Assembly (NCBI GenBank): GCA_045533905.1
Contig: JAZSIR010000008.1
Span: 32,001-96,000 of the forward strand
DNA length: 64,000 nucleotides
Origin: Clostridia bacterium
GTDB lineage: Bacteria > Bacillota > Clostridia > UMGS1883 > UMGS1540
Direction of reading: 5' to 3'
The position numbers and the translations under genes were made by a program. Shown one piece after another: positions 42,066 to 50,022 of the stretch. How positions within the stretch are numbered: position 1 is the first letter of the stretch; each line of letters starts with the position of its first letter. Below the pieces are notes generated by a model. That model was given only the letters and a program-made list of their open reading frames with translations, was not told the DNA's origin and made no database searches.

Positions 42066-43079
42066 ATGCGAAAAAATGAAAGTTTTGTAATACCTGATGT
42101 TCTCGATAACATCGAACGCTTTTTCACAAATCCGCTGACCCGTGAAAAAGACAATGCTGACCCATGTATTATTTACTGTGAAAATGAAAAGTGCTACTAC
42201 GGGATCTCTACCGGCAATACATTTCTTACACTGCACCGATGTAATTCCCTTAAAGATATGTTCTGTCGCAGTGAATCCAAGGTTATTTACACGGCAAATC
42301 CTGAGGATGACACCTACGGATTTTTGTGGGCTCCGGAACTTCACCTCATAAAAGGAAAATGGTATGTATATACAAGCACTCATCAGAGTGTAGAAGACAA
42401 AGGCTTTAAGCATGTAATAGTTCTCGAAGCAATAACAGACTCCCCTTTTGACGGATTCAAGCTCTGCGGGCATATCAACCGAAACCTTCTTGCAATAGAC
42501 CCCACGATTTATCAGGATATGGAAAATGATAAGCTTTATATCTGCTATTCCTTGGTAAAAGACGGACATCAGAGACTTGTTCTGCAACATCTCAAATCCC
42601 CCTGCGAGCCCGTGGGAGAGATGGTGGAAATTGCCCGTGCGCAGTACAGTTGGGAAATGGTAGCTCCCTACTGTGGCAACTGGACCATCAACGAGGGTGC
42701 TTACTTTATAAAAAGCCCTAACGGAAGACTTTTTATCGTCTATTCCGGCAACGGATGCTGGAGCGACGATTATGTGCTGGGGATAATAGAGTATATCGGA
42801 GGCGAATTCCTCAGTGCTTCTTCCTGGAAAAAGTGCGATAAACCACTCTACACAAAGGGCAACGACAACTACGGCCCGGGCCACGCAACTTTCTTCCATT
42901 CTCCCGATAAGACCGAGCTCTGGATATGTCATCACTGTCTCCACGAATCTGACCCCAAGCACAATCCTATGCCCCGCCACTGTCACTGCCAGAAAGTTTA
43001 TTTTGATGAAACAGGATTTCCCCATATTGGTTTACCCGTTGCACAGGGAGTGCCGTATCCCCTGCCTTCAGGTGAATAA
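42066..43079 (+). CDS. Glycoside hydrolase family 43 (arabinofuranosidase/xylosidase-like), no signal peptide
   Basis: ADP, WAPELH, AIDP, INEGA and YGPGH motifs. Confidence 0.92.
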   Translation: MRKNESFVIPDVLDNIERFFTNPLTREKDNADPCIIYCENEKCYYGISTGNTFLTLHRCNSLKDMFCRSESKVIYTANPEDDTYGFLWAPELHLIKGKWYVYTSTHQSVEDKGFKHVIVLEAITDSPFDGFKLCGHINRNLLAIDPTIYQDMENDKLYICYSLVKDGHQRLVLQHLKSPCEPVGEMVEIARAQYSWEMVAPYCGNWTINEGAYFIKSPNGRLFIVYSGNGCWSDDYVLGIIEYIGGEFLSASSWKKCDKPLYTKGNDNYGPGHATFFHSPDKTELWICHHCLHESDPKHNPMPRHCHCQKVYFDETGFPHIGLPVAQGVPYPLPSGE

Positions 43080-43091
43080 CTGCATAATTCG

Positions 43092-43316
43092 GTATATTTG
43101 CATACATCTCCGTCAGAATACATCACACAATATCGATTAACTCATGCACAAATAAAATAGAAAAATCGTTTCGAAAATAATATCGATATCGCTCTTTCCT
43201 GCGGTTTTAATAGTGAATCATATTTTGTACACGCTTTTAAAAAATGTTATGGCATAACCCCTAGTACCTACCGTATTCAGCAATTGAAAATTGGATTAGA
43301 TGGCACTATATTTTAG
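43092..43316 (+). pseudogene. AraC HTH remnant with in-frame TAG
   Basis: Manual translation: VYLHTSPSEYITQYRLTHAQIK*KNRFENNIDIALSCGFNSESYFVHAFKKCYGITPSTYR; N-terminus absent. Confidence 0.85.
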
Positions 43317-43366
43317 TGAAATATCTCACTTCATTCCGTTACGATATGATATAAATTCCTTTTCTC

Positions 43367-43448
43367 GTTGCCGCAGGCAACATATCGTATCCGTCAGGAT
43401 ATATCGCACCGAAGGTATATCGCAAATTCCGTCAGGAATTTATATCGC
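43367..43448. repeat. Array of four mini-hairpins, each followed by ATATCG(C)
   Basis: GTTGCC-GCA-GGCAAC, TATCC-GTCA-GGATA, ACC-GAA-GGT, AAATTCC-GTCA-GGAATTT. Confidence 0.75.
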
Positions 43449-43488
43449 AAAAAAAGACGATTTCTTTGTCGAAATCTGTCTTTTTTTC
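43449..43488. terminator. Terminator-like hairpin after the duplicated tRNA end
   Basis: AAAAAAAGAC(G)ATTTC-loop-GAAATC(T)GTCTTTTTTT. Confidence 0.65.
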
Positions 43489-43636
43489 TGGTGATCCATC
43501 GGGGATTCGCTTTTCTGCGGAAAAGCCGGTCGCGGTTCTGACAGTCCACCGGACTGTCATTCATTCCCGCTCCTTCGAATCCCTTACATCTAAAAATCAC
43601 CAACAAAAAAAGGATGCATAAGCATCCTTTTTTTGT
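43489..43636 (-). repeat. tRNA-Lys-linked 148-bp structured unit ending in a copy of the tRNA's last 21 nt
   Basis: 43489-43509 is identical to 43637-43657; internal stems GGGATTCG/CGAATCCC, TGACAGTCC/GGACTGTCA and CTTTTC/GAAAAG. Confidence 0.8.
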
Positions 43637-43643
43637 TGGTGAT
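43596..43643 (-). terminator. tRNA operon terminator (22-bp perfect inverted repeat)
   Basis: ATCACCAACAAAAAAAGGATGC-ATAA-GCATCCTTTTTTTGTTGGTGAT. Confidence 0.8.
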
Positions 43644-43712
43644 CCATCGGGGATTCGAACCCCGGACACCTTGATTAAAAGTCAAGTGCTCTGCCAACTG
43701 AGCTAATGGATC
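43637..43712 (-). tRNA. tRNA-Lys(TTT)
   Basis: Cloverleaf; anticodon loop CTTTTAA; encoded CCA. Confidence 0.97.
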
Positions 43713-43715
43713 ATG

Positions 43716-43791
43716 TGGCTGGGCTGGCTGGACTCGAACCAACGAATGCAGGAGTCAAAGTCCTGTGCCTTACCGACTTGGCTACAGCCCA
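43716..43791 (-). tRNA. tRNA-Gln(TTG)
   Basis: TGGGCTGTAGCCAAG...CTTTGAC...GCCA. Confidence 0.96.
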
Positions 43792-43796
43792 ATAAG

Positions 43797-43874
43797 TGGG
43801 GTGGATAGTCGGATTCGAACCGACGGCCTCTAGAGCCACAATCTAGCGCTCTAACCAACTGAGCTATACCCACC
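43797..43874 (-). tRNA. tRNA-His(GTG)
   Basis: Anticodon loop TTGTGGC; encoded G-1 and C73; CCA. Confidence 0.96.
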
Positions 43875-43878
43875 ATAT

Positions 43879-43955
43879 TGGCGCGCCTGAAGAGACTCGA
43901 ACTCCTGGCCCACTGCTTAGAAGGCAGTTGCTCTATCCTGCTGAGCTACAGGCGC
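43879..43955 (-). tRNA. tRNA-Arg(TCT)
   Basis: Anticodon loop CTTCTAA; CCA. Confidence 0.96.
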
Positions 43956-43964
43956 ATGCTATAT

Positions 43965-44038
43965 TGGAGCGGGTGATGGGAATCGAACCCACGCGATCAG
44001 CTTGGAAGGCTGAGATTCTACCATTGAACTACACCCGC
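43965..44038 (-). tRNA. tRNA-Gly(TCC)
   Basis: GCGGGTGTAGTTCAATGGTAGAA...CTTCCAA...TCCA. Confidence 0.96.
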
Positions 44039-44056
44039 AGGAACCGGACCTAATAG

Positions 44057-44085
44057 AGTATAGCAAAAAGCGGCGAAATTGTCAA
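44057..44085 (-). promoter_or_regulatory. SigA promoter of the tRNA operon
   Basis: TTGACA-N17-TATACT with TG extended -10. Confidence 0.8.
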
Positions 44086-44195
44086 GGGTTTTCTTTCAAA
44101 ATAATGAAAATTATTTATAAAACAGATCTTTTGCGCCCTTTATGCATATTTTCTCCTCATCCCTACTATACTATCCACGAAAGAGGTGATTTCGT

Positions 44196-44663
44196 ATGCG
44201 GAAAACTACCCGCACTTTCATCGTGTCCATTTTGATTGCGCTCGCGGTCGGTGCGCTTTCTTCCTTTCTGACGATGGACAGTATGGAAGACTTTGCCCGT
44301 CTTGCGCAGCCGCCGCTCTCTCCTCCCGGCTGGCTCTTCCCCATTGTGTGGACGGTATTATTCATCCTTATGGGTATCGGCGCCGCGATGGTGTATCTTT
44401 CAGAAAGTGAACACCGCGAAAAGGCGCTTCGGGTTTATGCTGCGCAGCTCGCGGTGAACTTTTTATGGTCGATTATCTTTTTTAATCTCGAAGCGCGTCT
44501 TTTTGCCTTCTTCTGGCTTCTTCTCCTCCTGGCGCTCGTCATCCGGATGTTTTTCCTGTTTCGAAAAATCCGGCCACTGGCCGCCTATCTCCAGATTCCG
44601 TACCTTCTGTGGCTTCTCTTTGCCGCGTATCTGAATTTCGGCGTGTGGCTCTTAAACCGCTGA
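44196..44663 (+). CDS. tspO: TspO/MBR tryptophan-rich sensory protein
   Basis: PPLSPPGWLFPIVW, QLAVNFLWS, PYLLW.LFA.YLN. Confidence 0.93.
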   Translation: MRKTTRTFIVSILIALAVGALSSFLTMDSMEDFARLAQPPLSPPGWLFPIVWTVLFILMGIGAAMVYLSESEHREKALRVYAAQLAVNFLWSIIFFNLEARLFAFFWLLLLLALVIRMFFLFRKIRPLAAYLQIPYLLWLLFAAYLNFGVWLLNR

Positions 44664-45236
44664 CAGTGCCTCTCTTTTCTGCTGCACCAGGAAATTACGC
44701 GCGGCTACGGTGTCGGTATCGAGCACAGACCCTTTCTGCAGTACGTGCGCGATCGTTTGGTTAATGGACAAAATCAGAGCTTCGTCAATGTCATCCATGG
44801 CAATTTGGCGGAGCTTTTCTACATTCGGGACGTTTCTGCCCGGCTCAATGATATCCGACAGATAAATGATTTTTGTAAGGAGCGGCATATCTTCGTGCCC
44901 CGTGGTATGATAGTATATGGCCTCTAAAACCTCGCTATCCGAAACGCCGAATTCTGTTTTGGCAATATGTGCCCCAAGATAGGAATGGACAAGGCCTTTT
45001 TCTATGTAACACACAGGCTTTAGGGAAATGCCTGCCGCATCGCACATACGGAAAGCCTCAGGCTTTGGGATATCCTTCGCGCAGTCATGCAAAATGCCGG
45101 CGACGCGCGCCTTTTCGGTATCTATGCCGTATCTCTCCGCCAAAAGCACAGCGGTGTCCCGAACGCCAAGCGAATGCAAAAAGCGTTTTTCGCTCATCAT
45201 ACCGCGCAGTTTTTCTATCATGGCCTGTTCTGTCAT
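44652..45236 (-). CDS. yqeK: Bis(5'-nucleosyl)-tetraphosphatase YqeK
   Basis: KRFLHS.GV, LHDCAK, YHTTG, SD.IEPGR; follows nadD. Confidence 0.93.
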   Translation of the reverse strand: MTEQAMIEKLRGMMSEKRFLHSLGVRDTAVLLAERYGIDTEKARVAGILHDCAKDIPKPEAFRMCDAAGISLKPVCYIEKGLVHSYLGAHIAKTEFGVSDSEVLEAIYYHTTGHEDMPLLTKIIYLSDIIEPGRNVPNVEKLRQIAMDDIDEALILSINQTIAHVLQKGSVLDTDTVAARNFLVQQKREALSAV

Positions 45237-45805
45237 AGTATCCCCCTCAAGCTGTATAATCTGTTTTCTTCTATGTATTCTGCCACACCCGGCGGAAGTA
45301 GCGCGCCAACACTTTCGCCCGCAGCGAGTGCCGCGCGTACATCCGTGGAAGAAATTTGTACTTTCGGTATTTTAACGTACAGGGCATCAATCGGCGGCAG
45401 GATTCCCTCGCGGGTGACTACCACAAACTCCGCCACTTTTCGGATGCGCTCGGGCATACGCCAGGTGTGAAGCTGTGCATACGCTTCATCCCCGATTAGA
45501 AAATACAGCTTTGCCCGCGGGAAAACCTCGGCAAAATGCTCCACGGTAAGATACGAGTAGCTTGTACCTTCCTTGGTAATTTCATAATCGGAAACTACAA
45601 ATCTAGGCTCCCCTTCTGTTGCTTTTTCGAGCATACGAAGCCTATGCGCCCCATCCGCAAAGCAGCCTTTCTTATGCGGCGGAATATGCGCCGGTATGAA
45701 AATGACGCGGTCGAGACATAAGGCATCCGCTACGGATTCCGCAAGGTGCAAATGCCCAATGTGCACGGGGTCGAACATGCCCCCAAATAGTCCTATACGT
45801 TCCAT
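45233..45805 (-). CDS. nadD: Nicotinate-nucleotide adenylyltransferase
   Basis: FGG.FDPVHIGH, PPHK, ISSTDVR. Confidence 0.95.
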   Translation of the reverse strand: MERIGLFGGMFDPVHIGHLHLAESVADALCLDRVIFIPAHIPPHKKGCFADGAHRLRMLEKATEGEPRFVVSDYEITKEGTSYSYLTVEHFAEVFPRAKLYFLIGDEAYAQLHTWRMPERIRKVAEFVVVTREGILPPIDALYVKIPKVQISSTDVRAALAAGESVGALLPPGVAEYIEENRLYSLRGIL

Positions 45806-45811
45806 TTTTTC

Positions 45812-47071
45812 TTACTCCACAAAGTCAAATTCCATATCGCCAAACACAACGGTGTTGCCTTCCTGAATACCTTTTTCACGAAGCGCATCGATAATGCCGT
45901 GCGCTTTGATGGCACGCTGGAAGTAGTGCACGGATTCGTCCTCACCAAAGTTAATGCCGCGCAGGAGCTTATCCACATACGGGCCGGAAACGGTGTACAC
46001 ATCGTTTTCCACCGTAATTTCATACGCGTTATAATCGATAACCTCTTCCTCGATTTCCTCCGCCTCATAGACGGGCATCGGCGGAAGCGAGTCGAGCATT
46101 CCGGCGATATGGTTCATAAGTGCATCCACACCTTCGCCCGTTGCAGCGCTGATGGGGAAATACGGATAGCCAGATTCTACCGCAAACTGCGCAAATTCTT
46201 CCGCTTTTTCACTCGGCAAATCGCTCTTATTTCCTGCGATGACCTGCGGGCGGAGAAGAAGCTCGGGGTTATACAGTTCAAGTTCGCGGCAAATGGCCTC
46301 AAAATCATCGAGCGGGTCACGTCCTTCAATGCCGGACGCATCCACCACGTGAATAATCACGCGCGTTCTCTCGATATGGCGCAAAAACTCGTGCCCGAGG
46401 CCTGCGCCCGTATGAGCGCCCTCGATAAGACCGGGAACATCTGCGATGACAAATGATTTATCGTGTACCGACACGACACCGAGATTCGGGGTAAGTGTCG
46501 TAAAATGATAATTGGCAATTTTCGGACGTGCGGAACTAACGCGGGAGATAAGCGTCGATTTTCCCACGTTCGGAAAGCCTACAAACGCCACATCGGCAAG
46601 AAGCTTAAGCTCGAGTATAATTTCCCTTTCCTGCCCAAGCTCGCCGGGTTTCGCAATTTTGGGTGCCTGGCGCACAGGTGTGGCAAAATGCACATTGCCC
46701 CAACCGCCGTTACCGCCTTTTGCGGCAATATATGTTTTATTTTCACCCGTCATATCCGCGAGCACTTTACCGGTTTTGGCATCGCGAATAATCGTGCCCT
46801 CCGGTACACGCACGAAGGTATCCTCCCCTGCGCGGCCGCTGCATCTGCGGGCGCGACCGTCCTGCCCGTTCTGGGCATTATACGTTTTACGGTAGCGAAA
46901 GTCCATAAGCGTTGTCAGCTTATTATCCGCCACGAAAACCACGTTGCCGCCACGGCCGCCGTCACCCCCGTCAGGGCCGCCGGCAGGTACGTATTTTTCA
47001 CGGTGAAAGGACACGAGGCCGTTGCCGCCCTTACCTGCCTTTACCGTAATGGTTGCAGTATCTACAAACAT
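45812..47071 (-). CDS. obgE: GTPase ObgE
   Basis: GGPDGGDGGRGG, GFPNVGKST, YHFTTL.PN, GLGHEFLRHIER. Confidence 0.98.
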   Translation of the reverse strand: MFVDTATITVKAGKGGNGLVSFHREKYVPAGGPDGGDGGRGGNVVFVADNKLTTLMDFRYRKTYNAQNGQDGRARRCSGRAGEDTFVRVPEGTIIRDAKTGKVLADMTGENKTYIAAKGGNGGWGNVHFATPVRQAPKIAKPGELGQEREIILELKLLADVAFVGFPNVGKSTLISRVSSARPKIANYHFTTLTPNLGVVSVHDKSFVIADVPGLIEGAHTGAGLGHEFLRHIERTRVIIHVVDASGIEGRDPLDDFEAICRELELYNPELLLRPQVIAGNKSDLPSEKAEEFAQFAVESGYPYFPISAATGEGVDALMNHIAGMLDSLPPMPVYEAEEIEEEVIDYNAYEITVENDVYTVSGPYVDKLLRGINFGEDESVHYFQRAIKAHGIIDALREKGIQEGNTVVFGDMEFDFVE

Positions 47072-47094
47072 ATAAACTCCACTTTCTCGTTAAT

Positions 47095-47132
47095 AAAAAA
47101 ATCGCAGACATACTTCATATCTGCGATTTTTT
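47095..47132 (-). terminator. Terminator after rpmA
   Basis: AAAAAATCGCAGA-loop-TCTGCGATTTTTT. Confidence 0.75.
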
Positions 47133-47135
47133 CCA

Positions 47136-47417
47136 CTACTGTACAGGGTATACGCTAACCTTTTTCTTATCCTTACCCATGCGCTCAAACTTAACCTTGC
47201 CGGAAACGAGAGCAAAGAGCGTATCGTCACCGCCACGACCTACGTTTGTACCGGGATGGATTTTGGTGCCGCGCTGTCTGACCAGAATATTACCGGCCGG
47301 AACAACCTGCCCGTCAGCACGCTTTACGCCAAGACGCTTACTTTCGCTGTCGCGGCCGTTCTTCGTGCTACCCATACCTTTTTTATGTGCAAATAACTGA
47401 ATATTGAGCGAGAACAT
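47136..47417 (-). CDS. rpmA: 50S ribosomal protein L27 with Prp-cleaved N-terminal extension
   Basis: MFSLNIQLF|[14 protein letters not shown]. Confidence 0.97.
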   Translation of the reverse strand: MFSLNIQLFAHKKGMGSTKNGRDSESKRLGVKRADGQVVPAGNILVRQRGTKIHPGTNVGRGGDDTLFALVSGKVKFERMGKDKKKVSVYPVQ

Positions 47418-47422
47418 TCGGA

Positions 47423-47743
47423 TTACACCTCCATTACTTTCACAAACTCTTGATATTGCTCTGAAAGCGTGTGCATAAATGCCGCCATACTTTCAAGAAG
47501 CAAGTCCGCCTTTTCTCTCTCCTTTTCGGAGAGGGGCGGAAGGACGCAGGACACATATCCGTCACGATTTTCAACTTCTGCCGGAAGCTTTGCTACCTCC
47601 AGAAGCCCGTTTACCGTATTCCACACAACCGATGAAACAGAAGCGCAGACAATGTCTTCCCCTTCTGCCGCAAAGCCGGTATGGCCAGAAACTGTAAATG
47701 CCGTGATTTTTTGCTTGGTCCTTTTTAATTCTACCGTTGTCAT
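47423..47743 (-). CDS. prp: Ribosomal-processing cysteine protease Prp
   Basis: SGH...[10 protein letters not shown]; between rplU and rpmA. Confidence 0.93.
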   Translation of the reverse strand: MTTVELKRTKQKITAFTVSGHTGFAAEGEDIVCASVSSVVWNTVNGLLEVAKLPAEVENRDGYVSCVLPPLSEKEREKADLLLESMAAFMHTLSEQYQEFVKVMEV

Positions 47744-48054
47744 TAGCCGTTGATCTTTTCGATCTGAACCTTTGTGTACGGCTGGCGGTGACCCTGTCTT
47801 CTTCTATAACCCTTCTTCGGCTTATACTTGAAGATAAGAACCTTCTTTGCCTTGCCGTTCTTCAGAACCGTGCCGGAAACTGTGGCGCCGCCTACAAAGG
47901 GGTTGCCAAGCTTCAGCTCTGCACCTTCACCTACGGCGAGAACTTCGTCGAAGGAAACAGATGCGCCTTCTTCAGCGTTCAGCTTTTCGATGTATACAAC
48001 GTCTCCTTCGGAAACTTTGTACTGCTTACCGCCTGTCTGAATAATTGCGTACAT
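47743..48054 (-). CDS. rplU: 50S ribosomal protein L21
   Basis: [14 protein letters not shown]...GHRQPYT. Confidence 0.97.
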   Translation of the reverse strand: MYAIIQTGGKQYKVSEGDVVYIEKLNAEEGASVSFDEVLAVGEGAELKLGNPFVGGATVSGTVLKNGKAKKVLIFKYKPKKGYRRRQGHRQPYTKVQIEKING

Positions 48055-48071
48055 TCTCAATACACCTCCTA

Positions 48072-48136
48072 TAATACGGACTCGCTATCCTGGGTAAGCG
48101 CGCACGCTTTTAAAACCCGTTCAACGCGGTTACAGT
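48072..48136 (-). promoter_or_regulatory. Ribosomal protein L21 leader
   Basis: Between TTGACA-N17-TATCAT (48139-48167) and rplU; ends in GCGAGTC; GGGT/ACCC and AAGCG/CGCTT stems. Confidence 0.65.
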
Positions 48137-48175
48137 TTATGATACCACATTTTTTCTGTGCTGTCAACTCTTTTT

Positions 48176-48832
48176 TTATTTTTTCTCGGTTTCTTCCTCA
48201 ATGCAGGCGGTAATATGCTGGGAGAGCGTCATAAGACTGTCGCTGAGGTGGACATTTTCCACACAAATCCCCTCCGGCGCCGCAAGCTCCATAAAAGAAA
48301 AGTTCCAAAGGCCACGTATGCCAAGCCCGGGAAGACGGTTTGCAATTTCTACCGCCGCAGGCTTGGAGGCCGTTAAAATAGCAATCTCGGGTTTTTCGCG
48401 CAGGCAGAATTCCTCGATCTTATCCATATGGAGAACCTCTATACCGTGCACCTTCGTTCCCACCACATCGGGCGCAATGTCGAAAAGACCGACAACGCGG
48501 AAGCCGCGGCGGACAAAACCGGGGTAATTGGCAAGCGCGTGCCCAAGATTACCTGCGCCGATGATAATCAGCCTGTATCCTTTAGAAAGGCCTAAAATAT
48601 CGGCAATTGCATCATGCAGCTGCGCTACATTATACCCGTACCCCTGCTGCCCGAAGCCGCCGAAACAGTTTAAGTCCTGGCGGATCTGGGAAGCGGTAAC
48701 ATTCATTTTTTCGCCCAGCTCCGTGGAAGAAATGCGCTCTACGCCTCTCTCCATAAGATCGCTTATATATCGGTAATACCGCGGCAAGCGGCGAATGACC
48801 ATCTGGGAAATTTTCTTCATAGTTCCTGCCAT
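48176..48832 (-). CDS. rex: Redox-sensing repressor Rex
   Basis: RRLPRYYR, SQIRQDL..FG.FG.QGYGY, GAGNLG. Confidence 0.96.
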   Translation of the reverse strand: MAGTMKKISQMVIRRLPRYYRYISDLMERGVERISSTELGEKMNVTASQIRQDLNCFGGFGQQGYGYNVAQLHDAIADILGLSKGYRLIIIGAGNLGHALANYPGFVRRGFRVVGLFDIAPDVVGTKVHGIEVLHMDKIEEFCLREKPEIAILTASKPAAVEIANRLPGLGIRGLWNFSFMELAAPEGICVENVHLSDSLMTLSQHITACIEEETEKK

Positions 48833-48841
48833 CCTGCTACA

Positions 48842-50008
48842 TCAGATTTTTTGGATTGTTTCCATTACATAATCAGCAAACTCTGCGCTTGTTGCGCCGT
48901 CTGCCCTGCCTGTCATCACAAGCTTCTTCTCTTCCAGCATACAGATATCCAGCGCTCTTGTAAGGCGTGCGGCCTTATCGGCATAGCCGATATGCTCTAA
49001 AAGCATCGCGGCGGCTCTGATGATACTGCACGGGTCTGCATACTGTGCACGGCCTTCTTCCACCATACGCGGTGCAGAGCCGTGAATCGCTTCGAACATT
49101 GCATAGCGCTTGCCCATATTAGAGCTGCCTGCCGTGCCTACGCCGCCCTGAAATTCTGCAGCTTCATCTGTTAAGATATCGCCGTAGAGATTCGGGAGGA
49201 GAAGCACCTGGAAGGCTGTGCGGCGCTTTTCGTCCACAAGCTTCGCCGTCATAATATCAATATACCAGTCATCCATTTCGATGCCCGGATAGTCCTTGGC
49301 AACTTCCTTGCAGATATTGAGGAACTTTCCGTCTGTTGTTTTGATAACGTTTGCCTTAGTGACCACAGAAACGCGCGTCTTCCCTGTTTTCTTTGCATAT
49401 TCGAAGGCTGCACGGGCGATGCGCTCGGTACCTTCCGTTGTGGTAACACAGAAATCAAAGGCAAGATCGTCGTCAATATGTACGCCGTTCGAGCCGAGTG
49501 CATAGGAGCCTTCCGTATTTTCTCTGAAGAAGGTCCAGTCGATTCCCTGCTCGGGTACCTTTACGGGGCGGACGTTTGCAAAAAGGTCAAGCGCTTTGCG
49601 CATTGCGACATTGGCACTTTCGATATTCGGCCACGGGTCGCCTGCGCGCGGGGTGGTTGTAGGCCCTTTCAGAATAACGTGGCAGGCCCGGAGCTCTTCC
49701 ATAACGTCATCCGGAATTGCCTTCATAACCTTTACGCGGTTTTCGATGGTGAGCCCGCCAATTACGCGAAACTCCACCTTGCCGCTTTTCACTTCGTCCG
49801 CGAGAAGGTATTCAAGGATTCGCTGTGCCTGTGCGGTGATAGCAGGGCCGATACCGTCGCCCCCTACAACGCCGATAATGATGGTTTCGAGTTTTTCATA
49901 GTCGATAAACTCTTTATCAGCCTTCATACGTTCCACGCGCTGGAGCTGGGAACGGATAAGCGCCGCAAATTTATCGGTTGCTACTTGAATTTTATCCATT
50001 TTGTTCAT
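48842..50008 (-). CDS. icd: Isocitrate/isopropylmalate dehydrogenase family, probably isocitrate dehydrogenase
   Basis: GDGIGP, KGPTTTP, S.N...R (ESANVAMR), RENTEG.Y, NLYGDILTD, EAIHGSAP. Confidence 0.8.
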   Translation of the reverse strand: MNKMDKIQVATDKFAALIRSQLQRVERMKADKEFIDYEKLETIIIGVVGGDGIGPAITAQAQRILEYLLADEVKSGKVEFRVIGGLTIENRVKVMKAIPDDVMEELRACHVILKGPTTTPRAGDPWPNIESANVAMRKALDLFANVRPVKVPEQGIDWTFFRENTEGSYALGSNGVHIDDDLAFDFCVTTTEGTERIARAAFEYAKKTGKTRVSVVTKANVIKTTDGKFLNICKEVAKDYPGIEMDDWYIDIMTAKLVDEKRRTAFQVLLLPNLYGDILTDEAAEFQGGVGTAGSSNMGKRYAMFEAIHGSAPRMVEEGRAQYADPCSIIRAAAMLLEHIGYADKAARLTRALDICMLEEKKLVMTGRADGATSAEFADYVMETIQKI

Positions 50009-50022
50009 CCTTCCTTTCTATA

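Noticed and set aside
42033-43025. 330-aa minus-strand ORF
   Set aside because: Antisense to the GH43 gene, which carries the family motifs.
43158-43160. Amber read-through or pyrrolysine in the AraC fragment
   Set aside because: The fragment has no start codon or N-terminal domain and other genes here end at TAG, so decay is the simpler explanation.
43367-43448. CRISPR array
   Set aside because: The constant part is only 6-7 nt, the variable parts are self-complementary and 9-18 nt long, and there are no cas genes.
43394-43669. Short ORFs over the tRNA-linked repeats (also 43300-43494)
   Set aside because: They overlap tRNA-Lys or palindromic non-coding DNA and have no SD or protein-like features.
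47136-47743. L27 N-terminal extension plus a protease as a novel system
   Set aside because: This is the established Prp/L27 processing system of Bacillota.
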